A stretch of 64,000 nt of DNA from Carpediemonas membranifera BICM (taxonomy: Eukaryota > Protista > Fornicata). Location of the stretch: NCBI GenBank assembly GCA_019828565.1, contig JAHDYR010000014.1, positions 248,001 to 312,000 of the forward strand. The letters run 5' to 3'. A program made the position numbers and the translations under genes. The notes beneath the pieces were generated by a model. The model was given only the letters and a program-made list of their open reading frames with translations. It did no database searches and was not told the origin of the DNA. The stretch's first letter is position 1, and every line of letters begins with the position of its first letter. Positions 52,242 through 62,900 of the stretch are shown piece after piece.

Positions 52242-53329
52242 ATGGCGGATACGCGTGCGCTCGACCAAATTCGTGAGCTTTCGATGGAGTTAACTGATGA
52301 CGATTATCGCAAGGTGCTCGAAAATGCCCTTGCGACGATTGCTCGGACGCAACGCTATAAGGCCCGCACGATGAGCGCCCTGCAGAAGAGGGCCATCCGC
52401 AAGAGCGGCGGGAATGCCTCCCAGATGCCCATGATGCGGTTTGTGCGCCTCTATTCTTCTTACCTAGGATCTTCACCGTGCCGGCAACTTCCGCTCGGGA
52501 GCTCTGCCGTGTGCCGGTGGGGGGTGTGATGGAGGGGTGCTTCACGAAGCAGGCAGACCAGCTCGCCGATGTGGTTCGACGGTGCTTGGCTGGCTACGTT
52601 AACTTCGTTGAGGTGCCCCTCGAGGGGATCTTCGATCACCTCTCCACCGGCACGCTGTGGAGCAAGGACGCAGGCGGCTTGCTCGATCTGTCAGCCGGCC
52701 TGCTGGTCCAGCTCCAGCGAGAGCATCGTGCGCTCCGCTTCCTGCGGGAGGCGTCTCGCAGCCGTGCCGAAACCGACTCCGGCATAGTCCGCGACGCCGT
52801 TGACGCCGGCGTTTTCGATCTCAAGGGCAACGGCTCAAACAGGTACGTCACCCCGGAGACCCTGTTCTCGCTCTCCCGCGCTCTCGGCTGCGGCCAGAGC
52901 CTGGCCCGCCGCACCCTGTACCGGGTCGCCGTCTTGGCCCTCGCCCCAGACTACTACCGCTTGTTCCTCCACGGGGAGCGTAGCGAGAACGTCTCAGTCA
53001 CCGCCACTCACTGGGCCGCCCTGGTCGCTAACCTCCGCGCCATGGACGAGCTTCCGTCCCTGCCGGAGCGGCTCGGTCTGGCCATGCAGGTCTCTGACCC
53101 TGAGCGCGAGTACGAGGTCCTTGACGTGCTGGGTCACGAGATCCTGACGGCTGGATCCGACCGCCGACTCATTCTTCACGTTCAGTACGCGGGCTACACT
53201 GCCCCTACCTGCACTGGTCTGGACGAGACCCTCGCTGCCGTCAGCGTGGCTCGCGAGTATCTGATCGACTTTGAGCTCGAGGACTGGATCAAGGGCCCTG
53301 ACGACGAGTCCGATGACGACTACCAATAA
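52242..53329 (+). CDS. Antisense accessory gene of element B (2 exons: about 52242-52438, 52468-53329) with C-terminal chromo-like domain
   Basis: Two ORFs joined in frame by a 29-nt intron (MMR|IFTVPATS); C-terminal EYEVLDVLGH...LHVQYAGY; start could be 52209 or 52242. Confidence 0.72.
52439..52467 (+). other. 29-nt spliceosomal intron inside retrotransposon B (antisense to gag-pol)
   Basis: GTTTGT...TTACCTAG; same size and style as the host introns. Confidence 0.78.
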
Positions 53330-53348
53330 ATCTTGATTGAGAATCCGT

Positions 53349-56300
53349 TTACTGCCTGGAGTGCGCAGCACGGTGTAGTTCTCTCTGCTCAAGAAAGTCC
53401 TCAAACTTGTCACAGCCATCGACATTCTCGAATGGCTCCCACGAAGCTTCGTCCGGATCATAGCCCAGCCACTCAACCAAGTATTCGCGATTCTCGACCG
53501 GACCGGAGTCGGGCCGGGACTTCACAATCTTGCTCGGTATATACTCGGCCGCAACAGTGTTAGCCAAGCGAGTAACTTGCTCCACGGACATGTCGCCGTG
53601 ATCGAACGGGAGGACCCGGGAAGCGTCGACCCTGAACTGCTTCAGAGATTCAAGGTCACGCACAGTATAGGCAACAACCTTGTTGTACTCCTGGTGCACC
53701 GACACTAGTGCCATTGGGCCACGCAGGCCGGCGGCGAATTTGTCGGGTGGTCTGTCGGGGTAAGCCACCAGGACGTACGGAGTCGAAACCGTGGCACGGG
53801 CGTCCGGCCTGTACTGCTGTAGGAGCCGCTTGCTCTTAATGCGCTCGGCAGCCATGAGCCGGTACGCCTTGGCCTCGGACAGCCAGTCCTCTTGCTGGTC
53901 AACGATATACGTCTCACCCGGCGCGATAACGGTAATGTCCTTTGGCACTCGCATCTCGGTGCCATACAGGATCTCGGCTGGGGAGAGTCGAGTAGGGACT
54001 CGAGGGGTCGAGTTAACAAGGTATTGGGCAATCGGTAAGCTGTGGACCCAATCATTGGATCTAAACTGGTAACGACGTGCTGTCAGGATGGACTTAACCG
54101 ACACATTCGCTCGCTCTACTAACCCATTCGACTGGGGATGATGAGCCGTCGTCTTTCTCGTTGTAAACCCGAGTCGGGCACTCAGGTCGTTAAAGACTGC
54201 GTTGACGAACTGGGATCCTCCATCCGTCTGCAGTACCTTCGGTACGCCGTATCGGAGGACCCAGTTATTGACAAACGCCCTGGACGTCTCGACCGCTCGG
54301 GTAGTCTGGAGCGGGACAAGCTCAGTCCAACGTGAGCACATGTCTATTACAACGAGGATATACTTATAGGTCGTGCCGTCGACCGTGCACGAGGTAGCGG
54401 ACATAGTGTCCATGGCCACTCGGTCGAAGGGGTGCTCGACCGCGGTGTGCAAACCCGCATCGGAAGAGGCCGGGGGCTTACGCCTTAACTGGCATATTGG
54501 GCACTTGGCGATATAGTCGTCCACGTCCTTCTGGCGGACACGTACGCCCCAGTCTCGAAGAAGGTTCTTGGTCGCCCAGGCGGACAAGTGAGCCCCGGCG
54601 AAGTGATGCGCCTTCTGCAGCCTGTCCGCGACTTGGGTATCGAGGGTGTTAGCGAACACGCGAGAAAGGCCATCTGCTGCCCCGTTGTCAACACCCGGAA
54701 CGTGACGTATGGTGAAATCGAGGTCAGCTAGTTGGTCGTACCATCTACGGACCTTGGGGTTGATGGACTTGGCCATGAACAGCAGGTTGCGGTGATCAGT
54801 ACGGATGGTAAAGTGCGTCCACGAGAGGAATTTCCGCCAACGCTGGACGGCCAGGATGATTGCGTAGGCTTCCTGCTCTGTGGTACTCCACCTAGTCTGG
54901 ACCGCGGAGAATGCGTGGGACATGAAAGCGATCGGCTGCCCGTCCTGTAGTAATACGGCGCCGCATCCCACGTCTGAGGCATCGGTCATGAGGACATGTG
55001 TCGCGTCCGTCTTGAAGTGAACGAGGGAGACCCGCTTAAGGAGCTCGGCGATAACGTCGCCCAGGGCCGCTTGCTGACCCGGCCCACCGGGTTCGGCCTT
55101 GCCAGCCGACACCTGCAACAGAGGATGAGCTCGGGACGCGAAGTTGGGCACGAAGTCACGGAAATAATTGAGGAAACCGACGAGTGCCTGTGCGGACCGC
55201 TTGCTGGTCGGTAGTTTCAGCTTCTTAATGTCGTCGATGCGGTCTTCGGCAATCCTCACGGTGTCTCCGGACACGAGTCGACCCAGGAACTCGACCTCAG
55301 CCGCGGCGAAGACGCACTTATCGCGACCTAGGTGTAGGTCATACTCTTGGCAACGTTTCAGGACGTCCCATAGGTTCCTTATGTAGGAAGGCTCGTCCCG
55401 ACCCATGACAATAATGTCATCGATGTAAATAAGGCACTTCCCTGCCGAGATCAGGTCGGAGAAAGCCTGCTCCATGGCCCACTGGAAATGAGAACCAGCG
55501 TTACGCAGACCAAAGGGCATAGTCGTGTACTCAAACCGTCCAAGGGGAGTCCCGAAGGCGGTCAGAGGACGAGAACGGTCCGTCAGTGCCACCTGATGGT
55601 AGCCGGCCTTGCAGTCGAGCGTAGCAAAGATGGTATTACCCCTGAGCTTAGCTAGACAATCCTCTATGATCGGGATAGGGTAGTTGAACGGGGGAGTCTT
55701 CGCGTTGACCAAACGGAAGTCGATAACGAACCGGGTACGGTCCTTCCCCTTTGGGACCAAGAATGCCGGTGAGGAGTAAGCCGATGCTGATGGCTGGATG
55801 AAGCCATGTCGGGACAGGTCGTCAAGGTGTTCCTGGAGAAGTGTCTTCTTCTCCGGCGGCATGAAGAACTCGCGGCTAAAGACGGGTTCATCATCAGACA
55901 AGACTAGATCGTAAGGGATGAGCTTACTCGGACGCCCTACTCTGTCCTCGAACAGGCCGACAAACCGCGCGAGCAGTCTGTCCTGAAGGGAAGACGACTT
56001 GTCAGACAAGGTGAATAGGCTCAACTTCTGGGGAGTAATGACCGTTGAGACGTCTTCAGCCTGCTCGGCGTCATTGGCGTCAGACTCCTCGCAGTCGTCA
56101 ATCTGAGGAAGGATCCCCAGGGTGACCATATCAGGGTACCCAATGATTAGATCGTACTCTGAGGGTAGGAGGTACGCACGAGTAGTAAAGGTGCACCCAC
56201 GGGGGACCAGAGCTGATTTGGCAAAGGTTACTTCGGTGGAAATAGTCTGGTCGACTGTGATGACTCCAGCCGGTGTCGTCACCTCGACCGGGTCACAATG

Positions 56301-57388
56301 CAGGATCTTTTCGCCGGACCTCTCGGCCACTTGCGGCGATATGAAGGTTGCTGACGCGCCACAGTCGAACAACATCGACTCTGCGCTGGTCCTGTATATG
56401 GATCCTGACACAATCGGAAGAGCCTGCGCTCTGCGTTTGCTAGACGCCGCGAAACAAGACAAATAAGAATAGTTCTGGACCTTTATACGGTCACAGAACT
56501 CTCTCTTGTGGCCCTCGCGCCCGCACTTCTCACACTTGGACTTGGGCTTCCGGCACTCGGGGCTGAAATGGCCCTTGCCCCCGCAGTTGTAACAGGTTGG
56601 GGTCGTGCTGGTAGGGCGAGCCCGATCGCGGGACCGCTTGTCCGGGCGGTGATGGTCATGCGGGCGGTCACGACGGTCGTAGGGGCGGTCTCGGCGGTCA
56701 TCTCGGCGGTCACGACGGTCGCGCTGGTTACGGCTCTGGCCGCGTTGCGGATGGGCGCCTGGCACGGGCGCTGTCGGACGGCGCGACTGATCGGAGCGGA
56801 TCGCCTCGGTGAACGGAGCAAGGTACTCAGCCGACTCGGCTACGTCGCGTGCCGTCTTCATGGTGTATTGCTGGGTCTCCGCCAGTGAGCAACCCTCAGT
56901 CTGCTCCTTCAGTCTGTAGTAGAGGGATTGGCCCTTCACAGCAAAGGCCCGCAAGTAGGCTTCACGAATGGTGTCATCCTCGTCCATGTTAAGGCACTCC
57001 AACAAGGTGTTGAACTGCGAGTTGAGCTTCGACACCTCGAGCGGCGTGAACGCCGCGATGCGCAGCCTGATAAGGTTCAGGCATTGTTCCTTTCTGGTGG
57101 GCGCAAGGCAGCGGCGAGTCGCTGCATGATGATCTTCTCTCTGAGCTTGCGTGATGAAGTGGAAGGTTCGTCGTCATGTTGGTCACCCTGAGGAAGCGGA
57201 ACCTCCTCTAGGGTCTCTAAGCCTAGCACTTGTGATGCATAGGACTGGATCTCCGGGCTTATAAGCTTGCGGAGCTTCGCCTTACCTCCTCTAGCCTTAA
57301 AGTCACGCAGTGACGTCGTAAAAGCTACGAAAGCGCTGAATGTTGCCTCTTTCAGGAGCGGCGCTTGTTTTTTCTGTTCTCTACCCAT
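53349..57388 (-). CDS. Element B Gag-Pol polyprotein with an apparent 1-nt deletion near 57107
   Basis: Two CCHC knuckles, protease LFDCGAS, RT DCKAGYHQ/PFGL/YIDD, RNase H TDAS, integrase TDGG/ERAN, chromodomain YLVEWLGY..WEP. Confidence 0.92.
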
Positions 57389-57404
57389 AGGTAAGTACTA
57401 GTAC

Positions 57405-57488
57405 TGTGGTTTGGAAGAGAAAGAGTTTACGAGTAAAAAGAGGTTTGGACCCTCCCAGGGATATTGGTAGATATTAATACTGACTACA
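57405..57488 (-). repeat. 5' LTR of element B (84 bp)
   Basis: Identical to 51455-51538; TG...CA termini. Confidence 0.95.
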
Positions 57489-58302
57489 ACCTTTTGCTGA
57501 GCAATGCTGACGATCTGCTTGAGGACCTCCTGGTCGAACAGGTTGACCGTCCTCGGTGGGGTCAACGCGTGCGCAGATGCAGAGACGCACGCAAGCAGGC
57601 AAGTGAATGTGTACTTAGCCTGCGTGAAAGAACGCATGCCGGGTTCAAGACTTCCTCTTCCTCGCCGCGGCGCGTTGTTATCGCCTCCACCGTTAATCTC
57701 GCCAATGGCCTTGTTAACGGAAGCCTTCACCGTGTATATCTTGGAAGGCATCGGAGTATATTGAGCTGCCTGCATCGATCATTTCTTTTCAGGGTTCATC
57801 AGCTAGCAGCATACCTCAAAACACAAGAAACCAGCATCATACAACACAAAGCGTCTTTTTTTACTACTAGTTACAACCGCTTTCCACCACTAGTGTCTCT
57901 CACAACAGACTAAGATGACGAAGACGACGACGACATGAGTTGGTGCCATCTAGTGCCTTCTTCGAGTCGGGCGAGGGTGCCCTGTAGCCTGTCACGGTAC
58001 GTCGTCACCGTGCGGGCGAGCCACAGCTTCACAGAGTTGGCGTATCGGGTGAACCACTTCCGGAGACTGGGACTCACTCTAAACGACTCCAAACGACCTT
58101 CGAGCTGCGCGACCAGATCCCGCGTGGTAGTCTCCCGCCACATCGGCAGAGTGTCGAGCGACTGCACGATGGCCGCGTAGGCCTGACCCGGCTGACCGCC
58201 GCGTACATGTGTGAGCAGTCCGTTGTGGAAGTCGGCGTCATGTAGGGGGAGTTGCCGCGCACAAGATTCCTATCCTAAAACTGCACCAAAAGCTGAAGAG
58301 TG

Positions 58303-59904
58303 ATGTCCAGTGGAAACGTGCTCAAGTCAGAGGCTTCTGAAGAAAGGGGAGAGTTTTCCCACCAATCAACGTTCATTGGCGCTATTGCTATTGCCGATAT
58401 GCTCAAGACGACGCTCGGGCCCCTTGGCATGGACAAAATTCTCCAAAGCATGAGTGGTGTTGATTCCCTGACCATCACGAACGATGGAGCGACTATCCTG
58501 AGCTCTCTTTCTGTCGATAACCCCGCTGCGAGAGTTCTGATCAACCTCTCCACCACACAGGATCAAGAGATTGGTGACGGCACCACGAGCGTTGTCGTCT
58601 TCGCTGGTGAGCTCCTGCGCATGGCCGAGCAGCTCATTGCCCGCGGTATCCCCGTTCCCGTCATCCGCGAGGGCTACCAGCGTGCCTCTGCGGCCGCCCT
58701 TGCTGCGTTGACTGAAAGCGCCAATGCCAACGACGGGAGCGAGGAGGCGTTCAGAGAGGAGCTCTTCCGCATCGCCATGACGACTTTGTCGAGCAAGATC
58801 CTCAACGTCGACAAGAAGTTCTTCGCCAACATGGCCGTGGACGCCGTTCTTCGTCTGGGCGGGTCGACGAACCTCGCCAACATCCAGATCATCAAGAAGC
58901 TCGGCAAGACGATGGAAGACTCCTTCCTCGACGAGGGCTTCATCCTTGACAAGCAGATCTCCGTCGGCTGCCCCGTAGACCTCAAGGCCGAGGACCCGGA
59001 GCACCCTCTGCGAGTCCTCGTCGCCAACACCTCTATGGACGCCGACAAGGTCAAGATCTTCGGCTCTAAGGCCAAGGTCTCGGGCGCCACCGAGCTGGCC
59101 GCCATCGAGTCCGAAGAGCGTCGCCGCATGCGCGACAAGTGCGCCCGCATCATGAAACACGATATCAACTGCTTCGTCAACCGCCAGCTTGTCTACAACC
59201 AGGCCGAGGAGGAGTTCGCGGCGAAGGGCGTGATGTGCATCGAGCACGCCGACTTCGACGGCATCGAGCGTCTCTCGCTCGTTCTCGACGCCGACATTCT
59301 CTCGACGTTCGACACTCCCGAGAAGGCCAGGGTTGGCACGTGCCAGCGCATCCACGAGATCATGATCGGCGAGGACAAGCTCATCCGGTTCGCGGGCGTC
59401 CCCAAGAACCAGGCCTGTACCATCGTCCTCCGCGGCGCCTCCAAGCACCTCCTCGACGAGGCTGAGCGTTCCCTGCACGACGCCCTCGCCGTTCTCTCGC
59501 AGACGGTGAAGGACAGGCACACATGCCTCGGCGCGGGCAGCTCCGAGATGCTCATGTCGCTCGCCGTCTCCCGCGAGGCCGACGAGCGCGAGGACCTGAC
59601 CCAGGTTGCGATGAGGTCCTTCTCTCAGGCCCTCGAGAACATCTGCTTCATCCTCTGCGAGAACGCCGGGCTTGACGCCAACACCATCGTCGCGAAGCTG
59701 CACGCTGCCCACGCTGGCGGGCACAAGACTGCTGGCATCGACATTGTGAACGGCTGCGTCGGTGATGCCCGCGAGCTTGGCATCGTCGAGGCCCTGAAGT
59801 CGAAGCGCCAGATGGTCATGTCCGCGACGGAGGCGGCGTCCCAGCTTCTCAAGGTCGACAACATCATCCGGTGCGCGCCCCGCGAGCGGCAGCAGGGCCA
59901 GTAA
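58303..59904 (+). CDS. CCT2: Chaperonin CCT/TRiC subunit beta
   Basis: TTLGPLGMDKILQS, TNDGATIL, GDGTTSV, MDADKVKIFG, IEHADFDGIERL, CAPRER. Confidence 0.95.
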   Translation: MSSGNVLKSEASEERGEFSHQSTFIGAIAIADMLKTTLGPLGMDKILQSMSGVDSLTITNDGATILSSLSVDNPAARVLINLSTTQDQEIGDGTTSVVVFAGELLRMAEQLIARGIPVPVIREGYQRASAAALAALTESANANDGSEEAFREELFRIAMTTLSSKILNVDKKFFANMAVDAVLRLGGSTNLANIQIIKKLGKTMEDSFLDEGFILDKQISVGCPVDLKAEDPEHPLRVLVANTSMDADKVKIFGSKAKVSGATELAAIESEERRRMRDKCARIMKHDINCFVNRQLVYNQAEEEFAAKGVMCIEHADFDGIERLSLVLDADILSTFDTPEKARVGTCQRIHEIMIGEDKLIRFAGVPKNQACTIVLRGASKHLLDEAERSLHDALAVLSQTVKDRHTCLGAGSSEMLMSLAVSREADEREDLTQVAMRSFSQALENICFILCENAGLDANTIVAKLHAAHAGGHKTAGIDIVNGCVGDARELGIVEALKSKRQMVMSATEAASQLLKVDNIIRCAPRERQQGQ

Positions 59905-59952
59905 ACATCGCTACGTATTAGATAAATACTGTTTACGTGTTATAGTTACATG

Positions 59953-62900
59953 TTACATAGTGCTCAGCTCAACCCTCACGTTCCTCGTGTCAGTCGGGAG
60001 TTGGAGATCAGGAATCGACTTCAGCACCGCAAGCTTGTCGTCGCGGTTGCGTGACCTGCTGCGGCGCCCACCGTCGTTGGCGCTTTCGTCCACGATGCTG
60101 TTGAGCAGCTTGATGTCTTCCTTGCTGAGTACGATGCCAAACACACGTTCAAAGACCTTATTGCGCACCCGCATCTGGTAGTTGCGGGCGTTGTTCTGGA
60201 ACTGGTCCTCCCACCACCGGGTGATGTCCGAGAACGCCATACTCAGGCTGCCCTGACCCCGGGTGATCTTCAACGCGGAGACGTCCTTGGCAAACATGAA
60301 GAAATGCTCCAAATCAAGCCCCCTGTCGCCGGTGGCCGCGGCATTGCTGTCCAGAGCTCTCTTGAGAGAACGCTCGTCACTGGGGGTCAGGCTGATCTCG
60401 AGTGTCCTCAGCATCGTCTGGATCTCGTTCTGGTCGAGCGTCCTGTTGCCATCGGCGTCAAAGTAGTTGAAGAGCATGATCAGTGTCTCGATTGTAAAGC
60501 CGTCGGTCATGTCGAAAGCCCGCTTGTTCGCCTCGATCGATCTAAGTCTGTTGGTCGCGTCCTCGGTGAGGATGTCGTCGGTGAACGACAGAAGACGCTG
60601 GTAGTCGCGGCCGACGCCGTTTTCGTCAGGCCCATGCAGGAAGCCCTCGCCGAGGATGCCCAGGCGGCGCTGCTCGGCGGGCGGGAGCTTCTCGATGACC
60701 ATGGACACCATCGTGCTCAGCTGGGCCACGGATGGCCGTACTGGGTCGGCGATGAGGGGCCGCACCACTCGCTTGAGGATCTCAGCGGCGACGGTGGCCT
60801 CCTCCTCAGTGGCCTTGGTGCTGTCGATGCAGAGGGCATACTGTGTCGCCACCGCCAGACGACGATAGCACTCCATGCCCCGCTGCTTCACCGTGTTCAG
60901 GCTCGACAGGGCGCTGCGGGCGGCCTTAGAGGCGCTGTCAATGGCAGCAGCGACCTCCTTCGTGTGCCCCTCGTTCGACGAAAGCAGCTCTTCGCTCTCA
61001 GCCAAGAGGGCCACGACGTCGGGCAGCAGCGGCTCTCCGTTGGGGTCGTCCGGGTCTCGCACGGCCCCAGTGGATGACCCCAGGTGCTGGATGAGGGCCT
61101 TGGCAGTGACACCGCTGGCAGATGCGTACTCTGATATGACTCGGCGGACTGCTGACCATAGCTTAGTGACAAACTGAACAGGGCAGGCGGTCGACTCGAT
61201 GAGGTGTAGCCGCTCCTGCGTGGAGCCCTTCGACAGCTCCTTCAGGTCTGTAGAATGGATCTCGATCGACTTGGGGAAGTAACCAAGCGACATGCGCAGC
61301 TCAGCCTTGACCTCGCGCCCGATGAGAACCCTCTTGGCGGTCTCGATGTTGTGTGCGCCCTGCACGGTCTCGTCCTCCAGGACCGCCGCCTCAATCTTCT
61401 TCAGCAGAATCTCCTCTGCCTCGACTCTAAAGGCGGGGTTCCTGCCGAGCTTGGCGTCCGAGAACTTCTTGTCGATGTCCGCGGCGATGGTGTCGAAGTC
61501 CCGGAATGGCCCCGCCTCGTTGGCCTCGTCTGGCAGGGTCGTGTCGGGCTCGGGCACATCCATGGCGAAGCTGTCCGCCGGCACAGCAGCCGACAACTCC
61601 AGCAGGGCGACCGCCTCGGTGTGCGCCCTCGTAGCGCTGAGCAGGGCGTGCATGCGCCCCCTGAGAGCCTCTCCAGAGGGCACAAGGCGGTGCTGGTGCT
61701 CTGCGAACGCCGTCCACCGGTCGATGACCTCCGCGGCGTCTGCCAGCACAGGCTGGAGACGATGAGGGTCCATGAGCTGGGCCAGGTGGACGTTATCCTC
61801 GTCTATGGGCGTGTCGGCCGCCTGTATCATCGCCTCGAGTTCCAGTACGGTGGCTGCGTACGACGTGAACGTCTGCTCGTGCAGGATAACGTTGGGAATT
61901 ACCTGGAGCAGGTCAAAGATCGAGTTGAACATGGTTGGTGTGTTGCACGGATTGAACGCCTCCGCCAGTTCGGCAAAACTGTCGCCGTCGGGTTCGGACA
62001 GGAGGCCGTTGTGCTTCTCGGCGAAGTCGATGACGAATGTCTCTGCGTCGTCGAGGAACAGATGCAGCGCCTGTACCTGGCTGGCGTACGGCGTGAACAG
62101 CTCGGGTAAGTGGGTCAGCTGGATGGCGTGGCCGAGGGTCGACGCCAACAGGGCCAGTCGGTTCACAGTGGAGCACCATCTGTCGTACATATCCCGCAGC
62201 GCCTGCTCGTCCGCCCTCGTCGAGATCTCGGACTCGATGCAGTAGTTGAACATGTCGACAAAGTCGTCCTTCGAGTCCATCAGTTCCTCGCTCTTCATCG
62301 TCACAGAGTCGTGGATGCGGGCGATCTCGGTGTTGAGTGCGTCCAGCTCCTCCTCTTCCTGTAGCTCCTGCCGGGTGTCATTCAGGCTCACAGGCATCAT
62401 CTGTGGCGGCAGACGGCTGTTGTTGGCGATCTCACGGATCTCCGTCAGCTTCTCCTCTGCCACGCTGTTGCCCGTGTCGATGTTCAGCTCACGGCGCCGG
62501 CCCAGTGCCTCGAGCGCCTGGTTGGCGAAGTCGTGCAGGTTCTGCTCGGCACCGTCCAGCGCCGCGCTCTGCAGGCGGACCATCTCCTCGTACTGCTGGG
62601 CGGCGTCGCTGAGACTGGCGGCACGGCTCTCGTAGTGGCGGAGATGCTCGCCGTAGTCCGCCTGCGCCTCCTCCAGCAGCAGCGCCAGCTTCTGTAGCGT
62701 GGCCGGGGGTATCCCAACCGTGCTGGCTGGGGGTGATTCGGCCAGGGCTGTCAACGCGGCGTCGATGGTCGCGATGGCGTGGGCACCGTCGTCGAACACG
62801 GCCTTGCCCGCCTCGTAGCTCTCTGGGCTCTCGACTCGCATCGGCAGGAACTGAATCAACACCGTGGCTGCCCGCTGAAGCACTTCTGACTGCTTCCCGA

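Larger units (their letters stand above)
51455..57488 (-). mobile_element. Ty3/Gypsy chromodomain LTR retrotransposon B (6034 bp), 4-bp TSD ACCT
   Basis: Identical 84-bp TG...CA LTRs; ACCT at 51451-51454 and 57489-57492; PPT GGGGGGGAAG at 51539-51548 (minus). Confidence 0.95.
45572..57775 (-). pseudogene. Fanzor1-like (TnpB-derived) RNA-guided nuclease gene split into three segments (57775-57489, 51450-50974, 46448-45572) by two LTR insertions
   Basis: Joined segments (287+477+877=1641 nt) stay in one frame; motifs YTVKASV, PVKPGFMTIE, KTDGVSV, RuvC-I GFDPG, YGAA, RuvC-II VSEFRTS, CPHC...CQNPAC; one in-frame TAG at 51324-51326. Confidence 0.82.

Noticed and set aside
56640-56725. Short tandem repeats resembling an array (CGGCGGTCA units)
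   Set aside because: They encode the low-complexity RD-rich linker of Gag; no spacer structure, not CRISPR
45237-58300. Terminal inverted repeats or TSD delimiting the Fanzor-carrying element
   Set aside because: None found by eye; needs multi-copy alignment
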